64,000 nt of DNA from Nitrospirota bacterium (GTDB lineage: Bacteria; Nitrospirota; UBA9217): positions 64,001-128,000 of the forward strand of contig CAWIYV010000004.1 in assembly GCA_963840455.1 (NCBI GenBank), written 5' to 3'. A model generated the notes under the pieces. That model saw only the letters and a program-made list of their open reading frames with translations, made no database searches and was not told the DNA's origin. Both the position numbers and the translations under genes were made by a program. Shown one piece after another: positions 19,503 through 29,800 of the stretch; position 1 is the first letter of the stretch; every line of letters begins with the position of its first letter.

Positions 19503-21158
19503 TTATGAGTCCTCATGATCGAACAGCACCGTTCCCCATGCACGGTTCGGTTTCCCGTAGTCGGGCACCGTCAGTTCCATTGCCCCATAGCAATAGGGAT
19601 ATTCCTTTCTGATCCGTTCCGCGGGCACGATCCAGCGATAGCCGTCAGCGATCAGGGCAAGACCGGTAACGATCATAACCGCGTTGACCACGCTCCATCC
19701 CGCCGAAGCCGTACCGAAGTACACCAGCAGGCCTGCGCCGACGGACGCGATGCTCATCCCGGTCCTGACAAAGGCCATGCCAGTCCGCGCCACGGCCATG
19801 GCCGTGCGGACCCTCGCCATGACGCCCCGCCGGTCGGCGAGCACGGTCCGTTCCAGTGCAAGCCCCGTGGTGGCCCAGATGCCCGGCAGCTGGTCGCCGC
19901 TGACCGGCGGCCCCGGCCGCTCCTTCCCCGTTCCCGCGCGATTATGCCGGAGCGGGAACACGAGGTCCCAGATGCTCATCTTGTCGATCACTTCCATCAC
20001 CGACCGCAATCCATCCATGCCGGACCTCCGGCCGCCCAAATACCAGAGGAATCCCTCGGCGGACATGAGCGCGCCGATGACGATAAGCGCGACGTCAAGA
20101 AGCGTCCAGGCTCCAGCCGGGAACTGGCGCAGAAGCCCGATGCCGAGGCCGGTAAAGGCAATGCCGGTCCTCGTAAAGGCCAGACCGGTCCTTGCCCGGG
20201 CAAGCTTCGTCCGGTGGCCGGCAAGCGAGGTCCGGTCCTCGGCCATGTCGGTCCGGTCGCTCGCCAGGAACCGCCGCCGCATTACGGGAGACAGGTTCTC
20301 CCATCCGCTCCGGAGCTCCGCCGAACCCGGCACCACTTCCGTCCTGTTGAACCGGGGAGGGCCGTCGCCAAGATCAGCATCGAGCACGCAGGTTCCCCAG
20401 GTGGATTCCGAGCGCGCCGCATCGATAGATTTCCCGGCGATCGCCCGCGCCGGAAGATACCAACGTATCCCATCAACCGCCATAATTAGGCCCGCCGCGA
20501 GGAGCGGTGCTTCGATCGCGGCGTACCAGCCCGATCCCAGCACGCGCAGGAACAGCAGCGCTATCACGATAAAGGAAACACCGGTCCTGATGAAAGCGAG
20601 GCCGGTCCGTCCTTTCGCGTACAGCGTCCGGTAATGCGCATAGGTCGACCGCCGGTAGGCAAGGAGCGTCCGTACGCGCGCGAGCGGCGTCCTACCTGCA
20701 CAGCCGAAGAAGCTGGGGTTCACGTCGAAATTGTGTTCGATGATGCGGATGATATCCCCGGGAAGGGCTATCCGGAAGTCAATCTCTTCCACGCCCAGCG
20801 TCTTCTTGATGTCCTCAGCCACGCGAGGATCGTCGGGACGGTAAGTGATCACCTCCGCTCGCCGCTCCTGGACCGAGAGCGGGAACCACAAACCCTGCTT
20901 CAGATGCTCCATGTCCAGGCGGAAGGTGAGAAAATAGGAAGCGATCACGCTCTCGTCGAATTCCACGAAGGGCAGGTGGTAGCGGCCGGCAAGACAGAAC
21001 AGGACCTCGTGCTTCGGCACCCCTGCTTGCAGAAGCAGCTCTTCCAGCGGCGTTTTCGTCTCCGCCGATATCCGGCCAAGTTCCTCCAACCGGGCCTGTG
21101 TTATGAACTTTCTCGCAACGAGCCGCTTGAAAGGTGCTATGACAGTATTTCGTTCCAT
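19503..21158 (-). CDS. GspE-N/MshEN-like N-domain + three DUF202-like TM hairpin modules
   Basis: N-terminal LVARKFITQARLEE..LEELLLQAGV..LPFVEFD; three RTxLAxxR...RTG(L/M)AFxRTG modules, each followed by a TM hairpin. Confidence 0.7.
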   Translation of the reverse strand: MERNTVIAPFKRLVARKFITQARLEELGRISAETKTPLEELLLQAGVPKHEVLFCLAGRYHLPFVEFDESVIASYFLTFRLDMEHLKQGLWFPLSVQERRAEVITYRPDDPRVAEDIKKTLGVEEIDFRIALPGDIIRIIEHNFDVNPSFFGCAGRTPLARVRTLLAYRRSTYAHYRTLYAKGRTGLAFIRTGVSFIVIALLFLRVLGSGWYAAIEAPLLAAGLIMAVDGIRWYLPARAIAGKSIDAARSESTWGTCVLDADLGDGPPRFNRTEVVPGSAELRSGWENLSPVMRRRFLASDRTDMAEDRTSLAGHRTKLARARTGLAFTRTGIAFTGLGIGLLRQFPAGAWTLLDVALIVIGALMSAEGFLWYLGGRRSGMDGLRSVMEVIDKMSIWDLVFPLRHNRAGTGKERPGPPVSGDQLPGIWATTGLALERTVLADRRGVMARVRTAMAVARTGMAFVRTGMSIASVGAGLLVYFGTASAGWSVVNAVMIVTGLALIADGYRWIVPAERIRKEYPYCYGAMELTVPDYGKPNRAWGTVLFDHEDS

Positions 21159-21395
21159 CGTACCTTTGTGCCTCTATCCTTATTCAATATTAGCAAAAAA
21201 CACGGCCGGAAGCATGCTGTGCCTCCGGCCTTCAAGACAGGACGAGATGTTCACCCACCGCACGGAGCTGGATCACGTACCGGACGACGGGACGTATGAA
21301 TCAGTTCGGTTCATCCGCAGCATCCTCAAGCCATCCTCCGGAGCTCTCTTCTCTCCCCAGTATTGTTCCCTTGCCTTATTCGTCTTCCTCCGGGA

Positions 21396-21818
21396 TCACG
21401 CCCCGACCACGAACACCGGGCAGGGAGCCCGGCGGATCACGTTCTCGATCACATGATCGCCGAAGAGCCGGCCGAGCCAGCCTTTCGGTTTTTTCGCACC
21501 GAGGATAATCACGTCGCACCGCTCTTCCGCCGCAACCTCCACGATCTTCTCGGCGGGCGCGCCTTCTTCCAGCCGGGTCCTGATCAGGGCGCCCGCTGCA
21601 TCGGCGGCGCTCCGCGCCCCGGCAAGGGCCTTTTGTGCTTCGCTGTCGAGCACATCATTGAGATTCTTGATGCCCGTCAGATTAAGGTCTCCCTCGTACT
21701 CCGGAATGACCTTGAGCACCGTGACCCAGGTCTTTTCGTCCTGCGCCATCTTGATGCCTTCCTGCACGACATCCGTCGATCCGTTCATGGCGATCAATAC
21801 TTTACGATAGCCTTTCAT
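21396..21818 (-). CDS. Universal stress protein
   Basis: KVLIAMNGS, EGAPAEKIVEVA, DVIILG, ENVIRRAPCPVFVV. Confidence 0.92.
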   Translation of the reverse strand: MKGYRKVLIAMNGSTDVVQEGIKMAQDEKTWVTVLKVIPEYEGDLNLTGIKNLNDVLDSEAQKALAGARSAADAAGALIRTRLEEGAPAEKIVEVAAEERCDVIILGAKKPKGWLGRLFGDHVIENVIRRAPCPVFVVGA

Positions 21819-21855
21819 AGTTCACTCTCCTTGCGCTCTGATCCCGCTGCGCGGT

Positions 21856-22719
21856 CTACTTCACCACCAGCACCGGGCAGGCCGCGTGGCTGATCACCCG
21901 GTTCGTCGTGCTGCCCATGATCGCCTGGTTCACGCCCTTCCATCCGTAGGTCCCCATGGCGATCAGGTCGTTCTCGAGCTTCTGCGCCGCAGCCACGATC
22001 TCGTCGGACGCATGGCCCTCACGGACCTCCGTCCTGACGCTTATGCCCAGCCCGTCGGCGATCTTCTTCGCCTCGCCGAGGATCTTCTCGGCCTCGGCGT
22101 GGAGGCTTTTCTTGATGCTGTCGCTCCGGTAGAACTCCATCATCTCCTCGTACCGCGGGATCACGTACAGGACCGTGACCTGCCCATTGTCCGCCTTCGC
22201 CATCTCGCCTGCCCGGACCAGCGCTTTCCTGCTGAACTCCGATCCGTCATAGGGCACGAGCAGCGACTGATAGCTCCCCGTGCATTCGCTGCATGGCCGC
22301 TTCACCACCAGCACGTCACAGGGCGCGTTCAGGATAACCTGGGACGTCACGCTGCCCATGAGCAGCCGCTTCAGGCCTTTCCGGCCGTAGGTCCCGAGCG
22401 CGATGAGGTCCGCCTTCTTGCCTTGGGCGATATCAATGAGCACTTCGGGCGGCTCGCCCTCGCAGACGAAGGACTCGACGCTGCCGTTCAGGCCGAACTG
22501 CGCCTGAAGCTCTTGCTTCGCCGTTCTGCAGACATGCGTGCCCATCTCGAAGCGCTTCTCCATCTGCGACGGCAGGATTGCGAACTCCTCCTGGTCAAAG
22601 TAGACCGCATGGACAAGGTAGAGCTTACCGTTCAGGTTCTTGACCCGAAGGGATGCCTCCTTGAGCGCCGCTTTGCTCGACTCCGACTCGTCATATCCCA
22701 CTACGATCGTGCTGTACAT
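21856..22719 (-). CDS. Tandem-domain universal stress protein
   Basis: Two USP domains (DLIALGTYGRKGLKRLLMGSV; DLIAMGTYGWKG..MGST). Confidence 0.93.
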   Translation of the reverse strand: MYSTIVVGYDESESSKAALKEASLRVKNLNGKLYLVHAVYFDQEEFAILPSQMEKRFEMGTHVCRTAKQELQAQFGLNGSVESFVCEGEPPEVLIDIAQGKKADLIALGTYGRKGLKRLLMGSVTSQVILNAPCDVLVVKRPCSECTGSYQSLLVPYDGSEFSRKALVRAGEMAKADNGQVTVLYVIPRYEEMMEFYRSDSIKKSLHAEAEKILGEAKKIADGLGISVRTEVREGHASDEIVAAAQKLENDLIAMGTYGWKGVNQAIMGSTTNRVISHAACPVLVVK

Positions 22720-23519
22720 TAGTGTGAACCTCCGCCCTTCCGGAAGACCATGCCCACGCCGAATCCGGCGCTCAAGGCAATTCCGATGGAAAGGAATCCG
22801 TAAAGTGCCGCGCTGTCCTTCGCCATGCCCGCAAGCGTCTTGACCATGCCCACCTGCTCGACCTTCACATGCGATTCCGCCTGTTCAACCACTTTGCCGC
22901 CCTTGATCGCGTACACGGACACCGTGTAATCGCCCGGCGCCGCCTGGTAGGGCCACTGGGTCTGGATGAAGTATTCCTGGTGCCCGTCCGGCAGGTCCTT
23001 CATCTCGATCTTCCCGAAATCGGTCTTGTAAAGGTTCGATGCTTCCTTGAACTTCACGAACTCTCCGAACCACTGTGTCTTCTCTGCCGCATTTGCCATG
23101 GGGCTGATCTCCACATGGTCAGCCAGCGCCGCGTAGCCTAGCGTATGCTTTTTCTGCTCATCGGCGGTCAGGATATCATCGACCTTCTTTGTGCTGAACA
23201 GTTCGTACATGTTCGGCGTGTTCTCGAACTTCAGCGTGCCTACGTTCATCCAAAGCACGCCGGCAACCTTGCCCTTCTGCTTCATGACCTGGTGCCCCTC
23301 GGGGGAGGTGATCTTGATCACCAGGTCCCTGCCTGCGTCGGAGATCCCCTTCACGCCCACCGTGCTGCCGTGGTAGAAAAAGTCGATGGTGATGTGGTCA
23401 TGGTTCGCCTTCGCCGTCAGCATGGCATGCGCCGTGCCTGAGAATCCTACGACCATGACTGCAACCAGCGCGACGATTATGGCCTTTCCGCAATCCGCGA
23501 TCCGCGATCCGCAATTCAT
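22719..23519 (-). CDS. TIGR02186-like protein (signal peptide, C-terminal TM) partnering TauE
   Basis: ITIDFFYHGSTV.V.G, KGKVAGVLWMN, PGDYTVSVYAI, ALYGFLSI; directly downstream of TauE. Confidence 0.8.
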   Translation of the reverse strand: MNCGSRIADCGKAIIVALVAVMVVGFSGTAHAMLTAKANHDHITIDFFYHGSTVGVKGISDAGRDLVIKITSPEGHQVMKQKGKVAGVLWMNVGTLKFENTPNMYELFSTKKVDDILTADEQKKHTLGYAALADHVEISPMANAAEKTQWFGEFVKFKEASNLYKTDFGKIEMKDLPDGHQEYFIQTQWPYQAAPGDYTVSVYAIKGGKVVEQAESHVKVEQVGMVKTLAGMAKDSAALYGFLSIGIALSAGFGVGMVFRKGGGSH

Positions 23520-23521
23520 TA

Positions 23522-24448
23522 TTAATGTCCTCCCGCCTGTGAGATGAGCAGCGACGGCGTCAGCGTCAGGTCGAACACGATCTTGACGGTCACGATCAGC
23601 ACGATCGTAGCGAGCAGGACCTTGAGCTGCTCACCCTTGAGCTTCCTGCCGAAGACCGTGCCGATCTGGGCGCCCACCGTGGAACCGACCAGCAGCAGCA
23701 CGGCCAACAGGAAGTCCACGCTGTGGTTCGTAGTGGCCTGCAGAAAGGTGACCTCGATGCAGGTGAACAGTATCTGGAACAGGCTCGTCCCGACCACGAC
23801 GTGCATCGGCATCCGGAGCATGTACACCATCACCGGCACCATGAGGAAGCCTCCTCCCACACCCATGATCGCGGCGAGTACGCCGACGAAGCCTCCGAGC
23901 ACGATGGGAACCAGGGCCGAGTGGGTCACGCCGGACTTCTCGAACCGCGTCTGGAGCGGCAGCGACTTGAGGAAGCGCCCGACTGCGGAGTCCTTCTCCT
24001 CCTGCGCTTCGACGATGGTCTCTTCCTTCTTCTTGCGCATGCTCTGGATGCTTTCGATGAACATGTAGACGCCCACGATACCGAGCATCAGCACGTAGGT
24101 CATCTTGATCACGAAGTCCGCGTTTCCCATGGCGTGCAGCAGTTTGATCGCCTGCACACCAACCAGGCCGCCCAGAAATCCGCCGATGAGAAGGTAGATC
24201 CCCATCTTGAAGTCCACATTTCCCACCTTCCAATGGGCATAGGTGCCCGAGGTCGAGGCCGCGACGATCTGGTTCGAATCCGTTGCCGCGGCAACGGTCG
24301 AGGGGATGCCGAACATGATGAGCAGCGGGGTCAGCAGAAAGCCGCCGCCCACGCCGAAGAGGCCGGACAAGAGCCCCACGGCCAGACCGAGGCCGACGGG
24401 AATCAGGATATTGATGCTGGTGAGTGCTACGGGTAGATACAGGTACAT
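23522..24448 (-). CDS. TauE/SafE (TSUP) family anion transporter
   Basis: MYLYLPVA, GLFGVGGGFLLTP and MGVGGGFLMVP repeats, VVGTSLFQ. Confidence 0.93.
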   Translation of the reverse strand: MYLYLPVALTSINILIPVGLGLAVGLLSGLFGVGGGFLLTPLLIMFGIPSTVAAATDSNQIVAASTSGTYAHWKVGNVDFKMGIYLLIGGFLGGLVGVQAIKLLHAMGNADFVIKMTYVLMLGIVGVYMFIESIQSMRKKKEETIVEAQEEKDSAVGRFLKSLPLQTRFEKSGVTHSALVPIVLGGFVGVLAAIMGVGGGFLMVPVMVYMLRMPMHVVVGTSLFQILFTCIEVTFLQATTNHSVDFLLAVLLLVGSTVGAQIGTVFGRKLKGEQLKVLLATIVLIVTVKIVFDLTLTPSLLISQAGGH

Positions 24449-24610
24449 CGTGATGACTCCTTTTTAAAAGAGATTTTAATTCTCGCAAAGGCGCAAAGGC
24501 CGCCACGAAGACCAGTCCTTGGTTCTTTTGTTCCTGGACCTTTGCGTGCTTAGCGTCTCGCTTAGAGGCGCCTACTTCTGGTGGCAAGAGAAAGAGAGAA
24601 AATTTGTTAC

Positions 24611-25165
24611 TTAATACCCCGCTGACGGCACATACCGGAGCGGAGCGCCTTTCCGCACCCGCTCTTCCCGGGCGGCCTGGACCGACTGCCTGGTCATGGT
24701 AACGATCGGCCGCGACGCTGTCCGGACCAGCCGGTTCAGCTCCCTGGTGGTCAGGACCTCGCCCTCGGTCACTGCGGGGCTCAGAACCACCTTGTCGACC
24801 ACCGTGTTGCCCTTGAGAAAGGACCGGATGCCGGAGACAACGTCGTTGTCCGTGTGCTGAACATCCAGGTGAACGCCCGCCTTGCTGGATGCCACGATCA
24901 TCTCGGTGATCTTCCCGTCCATGCCCGCCGGGAGGACGCTCTCCTTGCCACTCACGATCCGGCGAGCGCTCTCATGCTCCCCTTCCTCGGCAAAGCTCAC
25001 GCCCGCCATGAGGTCTTGGAAGCGCTCATTCAGGGAGTCCTTCTTCCGGACCAGCAGGACAACGATGTCCTCGAGCATCGCCTTCGCCAGCTCGATGGTA
25101 TAGGATATGCCCTCGTCGATATGATCGTCCTGGTACGTGACAAATAACAACTGCCGCTTGTTCAT
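24611..25165 (-). CDS. Hypothetical USP-like protein, first gene of the cluster
   Basis: QLLFVT..ISYTIELAK..IVVLLV, MAGVSFAEEGEHESAR, SRPIVTM; RBS AAGGAGGAG before ATG at 25165. Confidence 0.7.
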   Translation of the reverse strand: MNKRQLLFVTYQDDHIDEGISYTIELAKAMLEDIVVLLVRKKDSLNERFQDLMAGVSFAEEGEHESARRIVSGKESVLPAGMDGKITEMIVASSKAGVHLDVQHTDNDVVSGIRSFLKGNTVVDKVVLSPAVTEGEVLTTRELNRLVRTASRPIVTMTRQSVQAAREERVRKGAPLRYVPSAGY

Positions 25166-25197
25166 ATACTCCTCCTTGCTTGTTTGGTATCTATAGA

Positions 25198-25212
25198 GCA
25201 AGTGGGGTGCCA
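25198..25212 (-). promoter_or_regulatory. Sigma54 (-24/-12) promoter
   Basis: Minus strand TGGCACCCCACTTGC is an exact TGGCAC-N5-TTGC; IHF-like AATCAACAACTTA lies adjacent (25218-25230). Confidence 0.85.
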
Positions 25213-25265
25213 GAAGCTAAGTTGTTGATTTCCATGGTTTCATATGCAGGTACAGAGCAGGATTA

Positions 25266-25435
25266 TGTTTCAGTTCTGAACGGCTGTGAACGGTGCGCGA
25301 GGAGTTCGGATAAGCGCGGCACGCCAAAAGAACGATCCTAGCCGCTATTCATGCGGAAGATATGAGGCGCTAACTGATGGGAAATGAAAGAATAAGGAAA
25401 GAAATGGATACCGGGAGGTGTTTCAAGATGGAACA
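25266..25435. promoter_or_regulatory. Two candidate enhancer (UAS) sites
   Basis: TGTTTCAGTTCTGAACG (25266-25282) and TGTTTCAAGATGGAACA (25419-25435): similar 17-bp imperfect palindromes upstream of the sigma54 site. Confidence 0.5.
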
Positions 25436-25539
25436 ACGACTTTCAGAGAGGTTGCCTGGAGGTCGCATCAGGCTGGAAGAATTAACGAATCAGCAGTATA
25501 TTGCAACCAGGGAGACAAATCCTCGCAAGAGAGGAAACG

Positions 25540-25655
25540 ATGACCGCTGTCGCTGATAAGAAACCTGCCGCCGTCTGTGGGCTCTTTTGCCCTGTCTGCA
25601 CGACTAATATCGAGACCAGTGAGGACTGCACCATGGCGAAATGCGCAGCTGATAC
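25540..25655 (+). pseudogene. Internally deleted remnant of a DUF3795-like gene
   Basis: MTAVADKKPAAVCGLFCPVCTT..EDCTMAKCAAD matches the N-terminus of 35477..35986 with 35 codons missing. Confidence 0.75.
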
Positions 25656-25690
25656 CTTCCTGCTATTGCTTCACCCCTATTCCGCACTAT

Positions 25691-26675
25691 CTACGCCGCG
25701 GTCCCTGATTCCCTTGCGATGACCGGCTCCGCGCTCGCCTTGTCCAGGAGTTCCCTGGCCTGTTGGTCCAGTTTCAGGTTCGCTGCTTCGACAAGCGCCT
25801 TCAGTTGCTCCACGCTCGTTGCGCTCGCGATCGGCGCCGTGATCCCGGGCTGCGCCATGACCCATGCCAGCGCTATGCTCGCAGGCGCGACCTCGTATCG
25901 CATAGCCACCCGGTCCAGCGCCGCCAGGATGCTGAAACCCCGCTCGGTCATGTACGTCTTGACCCGCTGGCCCCGGACGCTCTTGGACAGGTCCTTGATT
26001 GACCGGTACTTGCCCGTGAGAAAGCCGCTGGCCAGACCGTAGTAGCTGATCACGCCGATGTGCTGCTCCCGGCAGAGAGGGGCCAGCGTCCGCTCGAACT
26101 CGGCCCGGTCATAGAGGTTGTACAAGGGCTGCAGGCTTTCGTACCGCGGCAACCCCTTCTCTTCGCTGATGGCAAGGGATTGCGCCAGCCGCTTCGCCGT
26201 GAAATTCGAGGCGCCGATAGCGCGCACTTTCCCCTCCTTGATCAGCTGCTCGTAGGCTGAGAGCGTTTCTTCCATGGAAGCAGCCGGGTCGTCCCGGTGC
26301 GACTGGTAGAGATCAATATGGTCCGTCTGCAGCCTGCGGAGCGAGGCTTCCACGGCGCGGAGGATGTAGTCCCGGGAGAGCCCCTGCAGCCCCGGTCCCA
26401 TCTCGCTGCCGACTCTTGGTGGCGATGACGACCTTCTGCCGGTTCCCCCGCTCTTTGATCCAGTTGCCGATGATGGTCTCCGATTCCCCGCCTTGGTTGC
26501 CCGGGACCCACCGCGAATAGACATCGGCGGTATCGATGAGATCGAAGCCTGCCGCAACAAAGGCATCGAGGATCAAGAAGGCAGTCGGTTCATCGACGGT
26601 CCAGCCGAAGACATTGCCGCCCAGCGCCAGCGGCGCGACAATGATGTCCGACCTTCCCAGTTTGCGCTTTTTCAT
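25691..26675 (-). pseudogene. Aldo/keto reductase, frameshifted
   Basis: N-part MKKRKLG..IDTADVY..VIATK and C-part VGSEMG..SLRRLQTDHIDLYQSH lie in different frames; one extra base at about 26415 (AAG-A-GTC). Confidence 0.85.
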
Positions 26676-26713
26676 GATGTACCTCCCGAACGACAAGTGC
26701 GTAGCGTCAAAGC

Positions 26714-26822
26714 TTTCACCGCAGAGAACGCGGAGGACACAGAGAACTTCTTGAATTACAACACATTAAACTCTTTCTCAGCTCCTTTCCCCTCTGCGAC
26801 CTCTGCGATCTCTGCGGTAAAA
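26714..26822. repeat. Family D palindromic repeat
   Basis: tttcaccgcagagaacgcggaggacacagag ... ctctgcgacctctgcgatctctgcggtaaaa. Confidence 0.8.
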
Positions 26823-26866
26823 TATTTTTCGTTTTTTTCATAGAACTTTTGATAGTACCTCTCACA

Positions 26867-29800
26867 TTACCGCACGCAGGTCTCCATGTTGCTCGGGCAG
26901 ACCTCGCCCAGCACCGGTTCCTGCCTGCTCTCCGTCGCCTTTTCCTTCCCATGCTCTGCCGCGAACAGCAGGTACATCGCCGGGACAACATAGAGCGTAA
27001 AGAGCGTGCCGATGGCGATCCCGGCCATGATCACGAGGCCCATGTTGAAGCGCCCCGCTGCTCCTGCGCCGGACGCGGTCACAAGCGGCAGGACGCCCAG
27101 GACCATGGCCGCCGTGGTCATGAGGATCGGCCGCAGCCTGATGGCTGCCGCCGTCCCGATCGCATCTGCCTTGCTCTTCCCTTCGCGCTGCAGGTCATTG
27201 GCGAACTGTACGATGAGGATCCCGTGCTTGCTGATCAGCCCGATCAGCGTGACCAGCCCCACTTCCGTATAGATGTTCAGGCTCGCGCCGCCCACGCCGA
27301 GGCTGATGAAGATCATGGCTCCGAAGATCGACATGGGCACACTGATCAGAACGATGAAGGGGTCGCGGAAGCTCTCGAACAGCGCCGCAAGCGACAGAAA
27401 GATGATAATGAGCGAGAAAAAGAACGTGGCCACCAGCGCGCTCGATTCCTGGACATACTGCCGCGACTGGCCGGCATAGTCGACGCTGTAGCCCTGGGGC
27501 AGGACCGAACGGGCGGCGCCGGTCAGCGCCTCCAGGCCCTGTCCGAGCGTCACGCCCGGGGCCAGCACCGCCGAGAGCGTCGCCGCGTTCAGCTGCTGGA
27601 AGTGATTGAGCGACTCCGGCACGACCGTGGTTTTGAGCTTCGTGATCGTCGAGAGCGGTATCACGCCGCCGCTTGCCGTGGTGATGTAATAGTCCTGCAG
27701 CTGGCCGGCATTCAGCCGGTCCGTTCGCTGCACCTGGGCGATGACCTTGTACGAACGGCCTCCGAAGCTGAAATAGTTGACATAGCCCCCGCCCAGCGCA
27801 GACCCGAGGGTGCTGCCCACATCCCGCATGGTCAGGCCCAGCTGGGACGCCTTGTCGCGGTCGATCTCCACGGTGACCTGCGGCTTGTCGATCTTGAGAT
27901 CGCTGTCCAGATAGGCGAACATCCCGCTCCCATAGGCCTTGCCGACCACGGCCTGCGATACGTCGTTCAGCCGCTCGTAGGATTCAGTGGTCCCGATCAC
28001 GAACTGGACCGGCAGCCCGCTGCTTCCCGGAAGCGGAGGACGCAGGAAGGCCGCTGTCCGCGATGCAGCGATCGAGTTCATGCGCTGCTGGACCAGCGGC
28101 AGCAGCTCCATGGAGGTCCGCGTCCGTTCGTCCCAGGGCTTGAAGACCATGCCGCCGAAGGCGATGTTCAGGGCGCCCGCCCCGGCGAACTGGAACACGT
28201 GATCGGTCTCCGGATAGGAAGCGTAGATATCATAGACCTGCCGCGTCGACAGCTGCGTCTGCGCCAGCGTGGCGTTGGGCGCCGCGGTCGTGAGCGCAAT
28301 GACGATCCCCTGGTCCTCGTCGGGAGCAAGTTCGCTCTTCGACGAGGCGTACAGGAAGTAGATGCTCACCAGAACGATGCCGGCGAACACGCCGACGACG
28401 GGCAGGCTCTTGAGCGCCGTCTGCAGCGTCCGTTCATAGCCCCGGCGCAGCCTTCCGAACTGAAGATCGATCCATCGGGCAAACCGGTTCCCGTTGTTGT
28501 GGTTCGCGGGCCGGAGGAACCGGGAGCTCATCATCGGGGAAAGCGTCAGCGCGACGACGGCCGACACGGCCACCGCTCCCGCCAGCGTGTAGGCGAATTC
28601 GGTGAACAGCGCCCCGGTCAGGCCGCCCATGAAGCCGATCGGCACATAGACGGCGATCAGCACGATTGAGATCGCGATGATCGGACCGGCGAGCTCGCGG
28701 GCGCCCTGGAGCGCGGCATCCAGCGGCCGCATCCCTCCCTCGATGTGCCGGTGTACGTTCTCGACCACGATGATGGCGTCATCCACGACCAGCCCGATGG
28801 CGAGGACCAGCGCGAGCAGGGTCAGGAGGTTGATCGTGTAGCCCAGGACCAGCATGATGAAGAACGCGCCGATCAGGGACAGCGGCATGGCAATGGTGGG
28901 GATGATGACGGACCGGAAGGTGCCGAGGAAGAGGAAAATCACGGCGGTCACGATGAGGAGCGCCTCGATGAGCGTGATGACCACTTCCCGGATCGAGCTG
29001 TTCACATAACGGCTCGCGTCATAGACGATGCGGCCGTCCAGGCCCGCGGGCAGCTGCTCCGCGATCGGCGGGAAGGCCTTGCGCACGCCGTTGATCACCG
29101 TCAGGAGATTTGCGGACGGCGCGACCTTGATCCCGATGTACACGGCGGCCTTGCCGTCGAAGGTCACCGCCGTATCATAGTCCTCGGCGCCGAGCACGAC
29201 GCGGGCCACATCGCCCAGCCGCACCAGCGCCCCGTTCTGCTGCCGGACCACGAGATTGCGGAACTCATCCTCCGTGTGCAGGCTCGTATCCGCCGTGAGG
29301 TCCACGCTCACCATCTGGCCCTTGGTGCGGCCCAGCGCGGAAATGAAATCGTTGGCAGCCAGGGCGTTGCTCACATCGGCCGCAGTGACGCCGTGTGCCG
29401 CCATCTTCTGCGGATCGAGCCAGGCCCGGAGCGCGAACTGGCGCTGCCCGAGGATCTCCGCCTGCTGCACGCCTTCCACGGCCTGGAGCTTCGGCTGCAC
29501 CACGCGGATGAGGTAGTCGGTGATCTTGTTCGGCGGGAGCACCTTGCTGGAGAACCCGATGTACATCGAATCGATCGTCTCGCCGACGGCCATCGTGATG
29601 ACCGGCTGCTGGGTCTCGCGCGGCAGCTGGTTCAGGACCGCGTTGACGCGCGTGTTGATCTCCGTCAATGCCTTGTTGGGATCATAATTAAGCCGCAGGT
29701 AGGCCTGGATCGTGCTCGTGCTCTGCTTGCTGGATGACGTCAGGTAGTCGATGCCGTTGGCCTGGGCGATGGAGCTCTCCAGCGGCGTGGTGATGAATCC

